64,000 nt of DNA from an uncultured Candidatus Saccharibacteria bacterium (GTDB lineage: Bacteria; Patescibacteriota; Minisyncoccia; Phycocordibacterales; JAACPR01). Location of the stretch: positions 1,709 to 65,708 of the forward strand of contig CAZIEY010000002.1 of assembly GCA_964538855.1 (NCBI GenBank), in the 5' to 3' direction. Below, in pieces: positions 9,385-18,492 of the stretch. The number at the start of each line of letters is the position of its first letter. Positions within the stretch are counted from its first letter, which is position 1. The notes beneath the pieces are model-generated. The model did no database searches, had not been told where the DNA came from, and saw nothing but the letters and a program-made list of their open reading frames with translations. The position numbers were made by a program, and so were the translations under genes.

Positions 9385-9825
9385 ATGACATTCGAACACT
9401 CACAAGATAAAATTTTCTTCGCACAACTGCTCGCCGGCGGTTCTGTTAATGTGCTCGAACAAAAATATAGCGAACTATTCGATTTTCGAAATCCGCTTAT
9501 AAAACGAAAAGAGTTCAACGCTATTCGACCAAATCTTCTAAAAAGTTTAGTCGAAAAATACGGTCATACATGTCAGCTGCATATTCACCCGGAATGTAAT
9601 TCTGACGGTGCATTGGAAGTCGATCATATTATCCCTTTATCAACCAATGTCCTGAATAAAGAAATTCGACATATGCAACGTATTCCACCTGCAAAAGTTC
9701 CAGCGCAAAGCTTTGGTTCTAACAACATAAAAAATATGGCGTTAGCTTGTCCTAGATGCAATTCTCGAAAAAAACATAGAATTCTCGCCGAACTTACAGT
9801 GAAACTTTTGCAATTGCGGTTTTAA
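9385..9825 (+). CDS. HNH endonuclease
   Basis: C..(H)..C, EVDHIIPLS, NMALACPRCNSRK. Confidence 0.85.
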   Translation: MTFEHSQDKIFFAQLLAGGSVNVLEQKYSELFDFRNPLIKRKEFNAIRPNLLKSLVEKYGHTCQLHIHPECNSDGALEVDHIIPLSTNVLNKEIRHMQRIPPAKVPAQSFGSNNIKNMALACPRCNSRKKHRILAELTVKLLQLRF

Positions 9826-9846
9826 AATACGAGGTATCATATCCCC

Positions 9847-10338
9847 ATGATCCTCTTCCTCTCCGGCTCTATCAACTCTGGCAAATCGACGGTGGCGCGA
9901 TTGTTGGTGGAACGTGTGCCTCGAACGGCGCTTGTCGAGATTGATGTGGTGCGAGACATGGTGCCGTGGATGCCGCTTGAGGACTCGATTCCTCTCAATT
10001 GGACGAATGCAATGTCGCTCATTCGCAATTTTGTCAAAGCCGACTGCAACGTCGTTGTGCCGTATCCGCTGTCGCTCGCAAATTACGAACGGGTCATGCG
10101 CGAGCTTGCCGACATCGCTGTGCAAATGCATGTGGTGACGCTTGCTCCTCGCAAAGACATTGCTCTCACAAATCGTGGCACCCGCGAGCTGGACGATTGG
10201 GAACGCGGACGCATCGAATATCACTACAACATCGGCATCAATGCGCCTGCGTTTGGTCACATCATCGACAACTCGGCTCAGACGGTGGAGGAGACGGTGG
10301 GGGAAATATTACAATTACTGCGGCTTGTAAATATATAA
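9847..10338 (+). CDS. P-loop nucleotide kinase-like protein
   Basis: LSGSINSGKST Walker A; leaderless promoter. Confidence 0.75.
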   Translation: MILFLSGSINSGKSTVARLLVERVPRTALVEIDVVRDMVPWMPLEDSIPLNWTNAMSLIRNFVKADCNVVVPYPLSLANYERVMRELADIAVQMHVVTLAPRKDIALTNRGTRELDDWERGRIEYHYNIGINAPAFGHIIDNSAQTVEETVGEILQLLRLVNI

Positions 10339-10361
10339 TGGTGTGATGATATAATGCTTAT

Positions 10362-11258
10362 ATGGAACAATTTCCCACACCCCGCAAAGAATCTGGTATA
10401 AATCGCGTTGTTGGTTTTGAGAGTGAACCACAGGCAGAGCAGATGGCAACGTCATTTTTTCGACGTAGATTCGAGCACAATCAAATAATACCGGGATATG
10501 AAATTGAACAAACTGCTGAACAGGCTGAACTCATCAATCGTATGAATGTTCAGGTAAGAGATTTTTTGAAACGGTACGGAATTGATTCGATTGATATTAC
10601 CGCACAGAATATTCATATTATAGATAAGCCTAAATTTACACCAGAAGAAATTCGTCAATTAAAAGATGGACCCGGAGATGTGGTTGGTTATCATGATCCC
10701 GAACGACAGTGCATTGTTGTAATGCAGGATTATAATGAAGATAAAGCAAAATTTTTTCGGATACTTGTGCATGAAATGTTTCATATGCAATCTTTTGTAT
10801 CGTATCAGAAAACTACTCGTGAATGTGCAGAGATTGGTTTGGCAAAGGGTGATGTGGAAGCTCAGCTTACGATGCGTCGATCAGGTTTTTCTATACGAAA
10901 AGCAGATAGTGATACAATTTTGTTTAATAAATTAAATGAGGCCATAATCACAGAGCTTGAAATTTTGTTTGTTCAAGAGTATTTATCGACCTGGCCAGAG
11001 CTCGCGGATGGTCGGCGTGTCGAGACGCTTACATATGCATACAGCAAAGAGTGTGCCCAATTGCGTGAATTAATCTCGGAATTATTTGAGAAAAATAAAG
11101 ATATATTTAATTCGTCGGATGAAGTGTTCAGAATGTTCGTCGATGCAACTATGACGGGAAGGTTGCTTCCTATAGCTCGTCTTATCGATACGACTTTTGG
11201 TGCGGGTGCATTCCGCAAGTTAGGCCAAGATACCCAGAGGGAATTAGGGAAAAAGTGA
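10362..11258 (+). CDS. Hypothetical protein with zincin HExxH motif
   Basis: LVHEMFH plus downstream LNEAITE. Confidence 0.65.
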   Translation: MEQFPTPRKESGINRVVGFESEPQAEQMATSFFRRRFEHNQIIPGYEIEQTAEQAELINRMNVQVRDFLKRYGIDSIDITAQNIHIIDKPKFTPEEIRQLKDGPGDVVGYHDPERQCIVVMQDYNEDKAKFFRILVHEMFHMQSFVSYQKTTRECAEIGLAKGDVEAQLTMRRSGFSIRKADSDTILFNKLNEAIITELEILFVQEYLSTWPELADGRRVETLTYAYSKECAQLRELISELFEKNKDIFNSSDEVFRMFVDATMTGRLLPIARLIDTTFGAGAFRKLGQDTQRELGKK

Positions 11259-11354
11259 TTATTGGCATAACACAGAAATTGTGTCTAAAAGTCGCTTCCA
11301 TCAAAAAACTATGGTAGTGTTTTTAATAGGTTCATAACCAGAAAGGAAATTCCC

Positions 11355-11621
11355 ATGCCTTTGTATATCATGATTCCGTTATGCGTGTTGGGTTTGTTCA
11401 TTATCGTGCTATTCGGCCCTTATTTATGGCTACCTACCATTATAAGTTTGATTATCGTGGTTGTCTCCGCACTCCTGTCACATTGGACAGGCATCTCATA
11501 CAATTACCTAAGTGCAGGATTCGTAGCCCTATTTATAGGGTATGTGTGGCTCTATAGACGCTGGACATTACGTGCCGGACTCCGCAAACTCAGGGAGTCC
11601 CGTGCCAGACGACGGGGGTGA
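11355..11621 (+). CDS. Small membrane protein (SD-led islet)
   Basis: Three hydrophobic segments; GAAAGGA SD; terminator hairpin ~11658-11687. Confidence 0.65.
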   Translation: MPLYIMIPLCVLGLFIIVLFGPYLWLPTIISLIIVVVSALLSHWTGISYNYLSAGFVALFIGYVWLYRRWTLRAGLRKLRESRARRRG

Positions 11622-11708
11622 AAACCGCGCTTCTCAGTTTCTCATCGTCACATTTCTGACCCACTTGTCTCCGGACAGGTGGGTCGCTTTCATTTTTACA
11701 TAATAAAA

Positions 11709-11765
11709 AAATTTAGAATTTCTTTAACTTTTCTTTATAAAGATTTTAGCTCGCATCAGTATAAT
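11709..11765 (+). promoter_or_regulatory. Conserved 57-bp toxin-module promoter, copy 2 (palindrome 11732-11743; TATAAT 11760-11765)
   Basis: 51/57 identical to 36681-36737 although the downstream proteins are unrelated. Confidence 0.8.
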
Positions 11766-11771
11766 GACACG

Positions 11772-12159
11772 ATGCGCAAGCAGGCCAATAACTTTGCTTT
11801 CATTGATGCTCAGAATTTAAATTTGGGTATTGCATATTTGGGTTGGAGATTGGATTTCGAGAAATTCCGAATATATTTATCAGAGAAATATTCAGTGAGA
11901 AAAGCTTATTTATGCATCGGATATATTCCAGGAAACGAAATTTTATACACTAGATTGCAACATATGGGATACGTATGTATTATCCAGCGACGGTGACTTC
12001 TATTGCTTAGTTGAATATCTGTTGAGAGAAAATAAGTTAGAGATGCTTTTGGTTCCAGATGAGAGAAGGTATTCTGGCCTACTCAAAAAACTGAGTCAGC
12101 CCGATAAAAATATTTTTGAATTTCTGAATCGAAAGCGACCGCAGCTCGAATTAAAATGA
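11772..12159 (+). pseudogene. NYN/LabA-DUF88 (PIN-like) RNase pseudogene with internal deletion and frameshift near 11985
   Basis: N-terminal FAFIDAQNL...LQHMGYVCI continues in another frame as SSDGDFYCLVEYL...LELK*; the central KGxVD segment expected in this family is missing. Confidence 0.8.
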
Positions 12160-12208
12160 AAAGGCTTTGCAAGGGACGGAACCTTTGCAAAACCTTTTCG
12201 TCGTGATG
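12150..12208 (-). ncRNA. Putative small RNA convergent with the NYN pseudogene
   Basis: Minus-strand TTGACT(12241-12236)-16-TATATT(12219-12214) with extended TG; 18-bp hairpin 12158-12199. Confidence 0.45.
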
Positions 12209-12281
12209 TGTTAAATATAGCAAAAATTTCACAAAAGTCAATCCAGCCATTTCAGATAAAAATAGTGCTAAAATACACAAT

Positions 12282-12752
12282 ATGAAAATCGAAACAATCG
12301 TCGAGCCAAACGAACGTATTTCTGCAATCGCGCAACGATATATGGAAATTGTGGCCGCTACATTGCCGGGCAGACACATTGAAATGGTCGGAGCTATGGC
12401 AGTGCCGATGGCTGGCCGCCCGGAATTGGATATTTTAATTATCACCGATGATATTGAAGGGGACGCTGTAACACTAGAGACAGTCGGTTTCGGATCAAGA
12501 GGTGTTGGCGATGATGCGCTGTATTTAAAACAAATGGTCGAAGGTGTCGAAGTAACCGTGCAAATTATGCGTCCTGATAATGCTTTGATTCCTATACTAC
12601 GAGGCACCGTCAAATTGTTGCGTGATGATCACGAATTACGCAATCGTTACGGAGCATTCAAGAAAACATTGTCTGGTTTGCCGCGTGATGAATATAAAAA
12701 GAAAAAAGTTGCATGGATGACAGAAAACGTGTTGCCGAGGATAGGGAGATAA
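12282..12752 (+). CDS. GrpB-family nucleotidyltransferase-like protein
   Basis: IEMVGAMAVPMAGRPELDILI and LRNRYGAFKK...YKKKK motifs. Confidence 0.7.
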   Translation: MKIETIVEPNERISAIAQRYMEIVAATLPGRHIEMVGAMAVPMAGRPELDILIITDDIEGDAVTLETVGFGSRGVGDDALYLKQMVEGVEVTVQIMRPDNALIPILRGTVKLLRDDHELRNRYGAFKKTLSGLPRDEYKKKKVAWMTENVLPRIGR

Positions 12753-12773
12753 TCTTTTTGATATACTTTTACT

Positions 12774-13283
12774 ATGAAAAACATATTCATCACCGGAATT
12801 TCTGGCACCGGGAAAACCACTCTTGCGCGCATTTTGCATGACAAAGGAATACCTTCGATTAGTATTGATGAGGTCCCTGGGCTTTGCTCATGGGTGAATC
12901 GTGCGGATGGTACTACCGTAGATTATGAGGCAGTACTCGATCAAACATTCATCGATGCACATATGTGGGTGTGTGATGTCGCAAAACTCAAACGTCTTTT
13001 AGCGGAACGCGATGGATGTGTCGTGTGTGGTCACGCTGAAAATCAGACGGATTTTTTCGGTCTGTTTGATAAGGTTCTTTTATTACAATGTTCTCCTGAA
13101 AATTTCTTGAGCAGAATTATGCAACGAACCGATAATGATTTTGGTAAAGACGAGACTGCGCAGAAATATTTGCTCGATACCTACAAAGATTTCGAGGAAC
13201 ATATGCTCGCGAGTGGAGCTGTTGCAATTAACGCTGACCGGTCGATTGAAGAGGTTATTGCGAGTGTGGTTGCCGAGTTTTAA
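12774..13283 (+). CDS. P-loop kinase (NMP/shikimate kinase-like)
   Basis: ITGISGTGKTT; RTDNDFGK lid motif. Confidence 0.8.
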   Translation: MKNIFITGISGTGKTTLARILHDKGIPSISIDEVPGLCSWVNRADGTTVDYEAVLDQTFIDAHMWVCDVAKLKRLLAERDGCVVCGHAENQTDFFGLFDKVLLLQCSPENFLSRIMQRTDNDFGKDETAQKYLLDTYKDFEEHMLASGAVAINADRSIEEVIASVVAEF

Positions 13284-13346
13284 AAAACTTTACGATATTA
13301 TATCCCGCTCTCTCCGCAAAAAAGACATGTTATACTATTTCAAATT

Positions 13347-13661
13347 ATGAGCACGTTACTGATCTTATTTTTAGCGGGAACCATTTTAACTATCGGTGAT
13401 TTGCTGGCAGGTAGATGGATTGTATCGAACAGTAAAAATACATATATCGCAGTATTAGTATCGTATATGATCGGCTTGAATTTTTTGGTGTGGAGTTATA
13501 AATTCGAAGATATCGCAGTGGCTTCCATCACAATGGAGATTTTTAATATTATGACGTTGACGTTGGCAGGAATCTTTTTGTTTAAAGAGAGAATTACAAA
13601 GACGGAACTTGCGGGGATATGTATTGGGCTGATCGCCGTGATAATTTTGGAAATCGCATGA
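13347..13661 (+). CDS. SMR/DMT-type small membrane transporter, subunit 1
   Basis: Four TMs; FKERITKTELAGI. Confidence 0.7.
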   Translation: MSTLLILFLAGTILTIGDLLAGRWIVSNSKNTYIAVLVSYMIGLNFLVWSYKFEDIAVASITMEIFNIMTLTLAGIFLFKERITKTELAGICIGLIAVIILEIA

Positions 13662-13999
13662 GAAAAAAGACGCGTAAAAACCCGCTGCTGTTGTTGCTTT
13701 CAGGAGGACTTTTTCTGACTATCGGAGATATTTTTGCTGCATGGTGGGTTAAGGGGCAATTCGGTCCTTTCTATGTTTTGATAATGCTATTCTATTTAAT
13801 GGGAATGGTGCTGTTGGTACGAAGTTACAAAACCGAAGATATTCCAGTCGCGTCCCTCATTCTCGTGATTTTCAATGTAGTGATTTTGTCCTTTGCGGGT
13901 GTTTTTCTCTTCGACGAGACTATAAACTCGCTTAAAATCTTTGGAATTTTGCTGTGCTTCGTGTCTCTATATTTGTTGGAATTTGGTAAAACAAAATAG
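13658..13999 (+). CDS. SMR/DMT-type small membrane transporter, subunit 2 (paralogue)
   Basis: Similar to the upstream gene (LTIGD..A, SYK.EDI.VAS); ATGA overlap. Confidence 0.7.
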   Translation: MRKKTRKNPLLLLLSGGLFLTIGDIFAAWWVKGQFGPFYVLIMLFYLMGMVLLVRSYKTEDIPVASLILVIFNVVILSFAGVFLFDETINSLKIFGILLCFVSLYLLEFGKTK

Positions 14000-14035
14000 T
14001 GAACATGTTACAATATTGTTTGTAACTTTATATAT

Positions 14036-14455
14036 ATGAAAATCATCAACACCATTTTAAAAGTCGTGCTCAGCCTTTTATTAATTTCACCGATTCTTGG
14101 CGTGCTCGGAGTTTTTCCAGAGCCGACCGCAGACATGTACACTAATGCCGAAGCATTCACATTCATCACTATTTTGATGAAAACGCATTACATCGTTGTG
14201 ATGGAAGCCGTCGTATTTTTGCTCGCGCTCATATCATTGTGGACGAATCGTGTCGCGCTTGCCGGACTTTTGTTGTTGCCGTTATCACTCAATATCGTAG
14301 GCTTTCACGCATTTATGGATGGAGGACTTTTCACTGCGGGTGCAATCATGGGTAATGTACTTTTGGTGCTCAACCTGTATTTCTTGTGGCAAAGCCGTGC
14401 TGAAATCATGCCGCTCATTTGCAAAAAGGACGCGGTGTCACAAACGATTGCATAG
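14036..14455 (+). CDS. DoxX-like membrane protein
   Basis: Four TMs; LLLPLSLNIVGFH. Confidence 0.6.
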   Translation: MKIINTILKVVLSLLLISPILGVLGVFPEPTADMYTNAEAFTFITILMKTHYIVVMEAVVFLLALISLWTNRVALAGLLLLPLSLNIVGFHAFMDGGLFTAGAIMGNVLLVLNLYFLWQSRAEIMPLICKKDAVSQTIA

Positions 14456-14473
14456 TACAAATATTCTGTAAAA

Positions 14474-14737
14474 ATGTTTTACGTTTATATTCTCTCATGC
14501 GCCGACGACACATTATATGTCGGCTCGACCGGTGATATTGCAAAGCGTCTGCATGCGCACAATCACACAAAATCAGGAGCTCATTACACCAAAATTCGTC
14601 GACCTGTCAGACTCGCATATTCGCGTCGATTCAGAACGTATGCGCGGGCGAGGGCAACAGAGGCGGCCTTGAAACGACTGACTCGCGCAGAAAAATTAGC
14701 GTTAATTTCTAAGACGGATCTTGTAGTATCAAAATAG
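14474..14737 (+). CDS. GIY-YIG nuclease (YhbQ/UPF0213-like)
   Basis: YVYILSCADDTLYVGST...RL..HN...GAHYTKIRRPV. Confidence 0.9.
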   Translation: MFYVYILSCADDTLYVGSTGDIAKRLHAHNHTKSGAHYTKIRRPVRLAYSRRFRTYARARATEAALKRLTRAEKLALISKTDLVVSK

Positions 14738-14798
14738 TACTCACTAGAATTAGAGTGCATGTATTTGGGGGATTTGTTTTATGAGATATAATTACTAT

Positions 14799-15728
14799 AT
14801 GTCATTAGATAATCCTGAAGATCAGTCGCAATCATCACGCCGTGAAAGTATTTTTGGAAAAATACAACTCACAGTATTATTAGGCTCCATTGATAAGTTT
14901 AATATAGAACTTGCTGAAGTCCTGATGAAAAGATCATTGCTATCTGCTATAGAAGATTCAGGGCTTCGCGAAAAAGAAACTGCATTGTTACAGCAAAAGT
15001 TGCGACAATCAATGGATATTCAGACAAGCATTATAGATAGTTACAATGGTTATTTTCGTGACATAGGGTTTACACTAGTTCCGGAGACAGATTCTATTTC
15101 CATCCGTCTCGATGATGCGAAACTGTTTGTAGGATATGTGCAATATAGAGCTGCGCAACGTGCGATGCTACCCCTCGCTGAACAGGATACAAAAGAAATT
15201 CAAGATATTAAAAATTTAATAGATAGGGCTATATTTCACGCCGAGAGTACTATGCTGGAATCAGCTGATGATGCAACACTTGAATTATTAGCATATGGTC
15301 AGAATATTGTTGATGTGTATAAAACAATTTCTCCGGACGATTCATGGTCGCGGATGAATCAATTGAGTGAATATACACGTTACGCTAAATTGGGGTGCAT
15401 ACGTGAATTTATACGTGCTGAAAAATTAGGCTTACTAAAACCAATTGATATGAATGGGTATTTGCTGCGATGGCATACAGATGCGACGGCTAAAGTTTTG
15501 CAAGAACGTTGGGACGCAGTATTGGAAACTTTGCATATGATATATTTGAATGAAAATGCACGTGCCGAATTATATGAGACTGCATTGAAGAATGCGCGTA
15601 TTGCTTTGAATATTGCATTAAATGATTTGACGCGTATTGAAGCCGGTGATGCTCTCTATAAACCAGAATACGCTCGACCGTTATTGCCAGTCATACAATC
15701 AATCAAAGCACAATTGAAAGATTTTTAA
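14799..15728 (+). CDS. Hypothetical protein
   Basis: Long ORF; TATAAT 6 nt before ATG 14799. Confidence 0.7.
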   Translation: MSLDNPEDQSQSSRRESIFGKIQLTVLLGSIDKFNIELAEVLMKRSLLSAIEDSGLREKETALLQQKLRQSMDIQTSIIDSYNGYFRDIGFTLVPETDSISIRLDDAKLFVGYVQYRAAQRAMLPLAEQDTKEIQDIKNLIDRAIFHAESTMLESADDATLELLAYGQNIVDVYKTISPDDSWSRMNQLSEYTRYAKLGCIREFIRAEKLGLLKPIDMNGYLLRWHTDATAKVLQERWDAVLETLHMIYLNENARAELYETALKNARIALNIALNDLTRIEAGDALYKPEYARPLLPVIQSIKAQLKDF

Positions 15729-15762
15729 ATATGTTGGTTTCTCTATCTGATATACTATACCC

Positions 15763-16158
15763 ATGCAAACATACAACTGGTACTCTACATTGATAAAGCC
15801 GACCTGGGCGCCACCTTCATGGTTGTTTGGTCCAGTGTGGACTGTGCTCTATGTTATTATCGCGCTGTCGTTTGGTAAAGTTTTTCTCATGGTCGCCCGG
15901 CGAGAAATTCCTGCGTGGGTAGCGTTGCCATTTGTGCTCAACCTGATTTTTAATTTTGCGTTCACGCCGATTCAATTTGGTTTGCGAAATAATGTACTCG
16001 CTGCGATTGATATTTTACTCGTGCTCGGCACATTAGTGTGGGCAATATTTGCAATTTGGCCTCACGCCCGCATCGTCGCGTATGCGCAAATCCCGTACTT
16101 GCTTTGGGTGTCGTTTGCGACAGTGTTGCAATTAACAGTGATGTGGCTTAATAAATAA
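15763..16158 (+). CDS. tspO: TspO/MBR tryptophan-rich sensory protein
   Basis: WYSTLIKPTWAPPSWLFGPVWTVLY; PYLLWVSFA. Confidence 0.9.
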   Translation: MQTYNWYSTLIKPTWAPPSWLFGPVWTVLYVIIALSFGKVFLMVARREIPAWVALPFVLNLIFNFAFTPIQFGLRNNVLAAIDILLVLGTLVWAIFAIWPHARIVAYAQIPYLLWVSFATVLQLTVMWLNK

Positions 16159-16159
16159 A

Positions 16160-16603
16160 ATGATTAATTTTGATTTTGTCGGATTGCTTGTGATGATTGT
16201 GGGTTTCATTATCGGACTTGGTGCCGTGACAGTTATTGATATTCACGGATTTTTGGGTAGAAAATCTGCGTATTGGACCGAAGCAACAACGCGCACTCAC
16301 AAAGTGACCAAGCCCCTCATTTGGCTCGGTATATTGCTTGCGATAATCGGAGGTGCGATGTTGTACCGTCACGAATCATTGTCTGGCATTCCGCTTTATC
16401 ACGCGATCGCGGCCTGCGTTTTGATTTTGAACGGACTTTTTCTGTCATTTCATGTGAGCCCTTTTTTATTACAACGCGAACGCGAGGGACGTCAGACCGA
16501 ACTTTTGCCAGCGTCACTACAAAATAAAATTGTCGTAAGCTTTATTATCTCAGCGACCTTGTGGTGGGGAAGTTTGGTGTTGCTTGTGTCTTATATAGTA
16601 TGA
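16160..16603 (+). CDS. Hypothetical membrane protein
   Basis: Four hydrophobic segments. Confidence 0.7.
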   Translation: MINFDFVGLLVMIVGFIIGLGAVTVIDIHGFLGRKSAYWTEATTRTHKVTKPLIWLGILLAIIGGAMLYRHESLSGIPLYHAIAACVLILNGLFLSFHVSPFLLQREREGRQTELLPASLQNKIVVSFIISATLWWGSLVLLVSYIV

Positions 16604-17601
16604 TTCCGGAATTTCACGCTACAAAAATTTGCACCGAATTTGATTTGGGCCCGTACGTTTCTTCCTCTCGCATTGATCGAGGAGTGCTTAACACAAATTA
16701 TTCACTCACAACTTCCAAAGGAAAGTTTTTTATAAAATCAGTACGAGCGAAATCCGTGAAATCATTGCCCGGTATTCGTAGTGTAGAATTATTTATGAAA
16801 CAGAATAGTATTCCGGCTATTTGTATGCTCACGAATTGCACGGGCAGTGAACACGTGCTTATCGACGGCAACGCGTATACCGTGTACCCATTTGTGGAAG
16901 GTATTCATAAGGAGATATATACTGACGATGATTTTTATCGCGCGGGTGTTATGCTCGGTAAAATTCATTGTGTGACAGCAGGACTCCCTAAACCAGATAA
17001 TGTGTTAGTGACGGATTATATTCGCCCTCATGATGAAAAGTTGCGAAATATTTTATTAGAACATAAAAAACAGATTGAGGAAAAAGAAAATCGAGATACT
17101 ATCGATGAAAAGTTCTTGAAATTAATTAACGCAAAATTGGACGCACAAGGTGTAATTTCAGAGATCCATATACCAAATGATATTGTCGTGCATGGAGATT
17201 TTCATATGAGCAATATTTTTCTTGATCCTGTACATTCTGAAATTATCGGTGTATGCGATTGGGAAAAAACGGAGTTTGCACCGAGTATGTACGAGCTTGC
17301 GCGTTCAGTTCTCACTATCGCAAAATTTGGAGGAGTTGATGAACAGGAGTCGCTTCGGAGGGCAGAACGAGTGCTGTCTGGATATGCTTCGGTAAGAAAA
17401 TTCACCACGCAAGAATTTATGGATGGTTTGCACATGCGACTACGCCGTATCGCATTCTCGAAATGGCTCGAGGTGAAATATTATTGCGATCATGACAGTC
17501 GAGCTAATCATTTCATTGAATCTGACACTCGTTTGGTGGAGATGTTTACACACCAAGGATATTTTGAGAAAGTGCGGGAAATTGCACAAAGGATTTTATA
17601 A
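16600..17601 (+). CDS. APH/homoserine kinase II-like phosphotransferase
   Basis: HGDFHMSNI and CDWE catalytic motifs. Confidence 0.85.
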   Translation: MIPEFHATKICTEFDLGPYVSSSRIDRGVLNTNYSLTTSKGKFFIKSVRAKSVKSLPGIRSVELFMKQNSIPAICMLTNCTGSEHVLIDGNAYTVYPFVEGIHKEIYTDDDFYRAGVMLGKIHCVTAGLPKPDNVLVTDYIRPHDEKLRNILLEHKKQIEEKENRDTIDEKFLKLINAKLDAQGVISEIHIPNDIVVHGDFHMSNIFLDPVHSEIIGVCDWEKTEFAPSMYELARSVLTIAKFGGVDEQESLRRAERVLSGYASVRKFTTQEFMDGLHMRLRRIAFSKWLEVKYYCDHDSRANHFIESDTRLVEMFTHQGYFEKVREIAQRIL

Positions 17602-17620
17602 GAATTGATATAATTTGTTT

Positions 17621-18262
17621 ATGAACATCACAAAACTAGGTCATTGCTGTCTTCTTATCGAAATCGCTGGTAAACGTGTGCTCACCGATCCGGGCGCATG
17701 GAGTACTTTGCAAAATGATGTGCGCGATATTGATCTCATTCTCATTACGCATGAACACGCGGACCATCTGCATATTGAATCGCTTGAACAAGTTCTCAAA
17801 AATAGTCCGCAGGCAAAAATCGTAACGAATTCGTCGGTAGGGAAATTGCTCGCGGCGAAATCGATTCCATTTCAAGTGCTCGAAGATGGTGGGCAGGCGA
17901 TGGTGTGCGATATCGCGCTCGAAGCGTTCGGCACTGCGCACGCTGAAATTTTTGCGGAACTTGGTCAGGTGCAAAACATCGGGTTTTTCATCAATGAAAA
18001 ATTATTTTATCCAGGTGATGCATTTACGTCGCCGGGCAAACCTGTGGATGTTCTCGCGCTCCCGATTGCGGGACCTTGGACAAGCTTTAAACAAGCGATG
18101 AATTACGCGATCGAACTACATCCTCGTGTCTGTTTTCCTGTGCACGACGGCATGCTAATTTCGGATCGCCCTGGCCCAACCTATCGATTGCCTCCGCAAA
18201 TTCTCGCGGCTCATGGAATTGAATTTGTGGTGATTGGGGTGGGGGAAACTAAAAATCTATAA
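17621..18262 (+). CDS. Metallo-beta-lactamase-fold hydrolase
   Basis: THEHADH, YPGD and PVH motifs. Confidence 0.88.
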   Translation: MNITKLGHCCLLIEIAGKRVLTDPGAWSTLQNDVRDIDLILITHEHADHLHIESLEQVLKNSPQAKIVTNSSVGKLLAAKSIPFQVLEDGGQAMVCDIALEAFGTAHAEIFAELGQVQNIGFFINEKLFYPGDAFTSPGKPVDVLALPIAGPWTSFKQAMNYAIELHPRVCFPVHDGMLISDRPGPTYRLPPQILAAHGIEFVVIGVGETKNL

Positions 18263-18307
18263 TAGTTGGCGAACCTTCAATTTTTTGCTACATTTTTCGC
18301 ATCGTAG

Positions 18308-18394
18308 GGAGAGATGGCTGAGTGGTTGAAGGCACTCGATTCGAAATCGAGCATGGGGGAAACTCCATCGAGGGTTCAAATCCCTCTCTCTCCG
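18308..18394 (+). tRNA. tRNA-Ser(CGA)
   Basis: Cloverleaf with long variable arm; anticodon arm CTCGA-TTCGAAA-TCGAG. Confidence 0.95.
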
Positions 18395-18492
18395 CACAAC
18401 AACGAGCGAGCATAGCGAGCGACTATGTTTGTGCGAGAAGTGCAGCTAATAGTGGAGCGTGCTGCCTCCGCAAAAAATGATATAGTAGTTTC

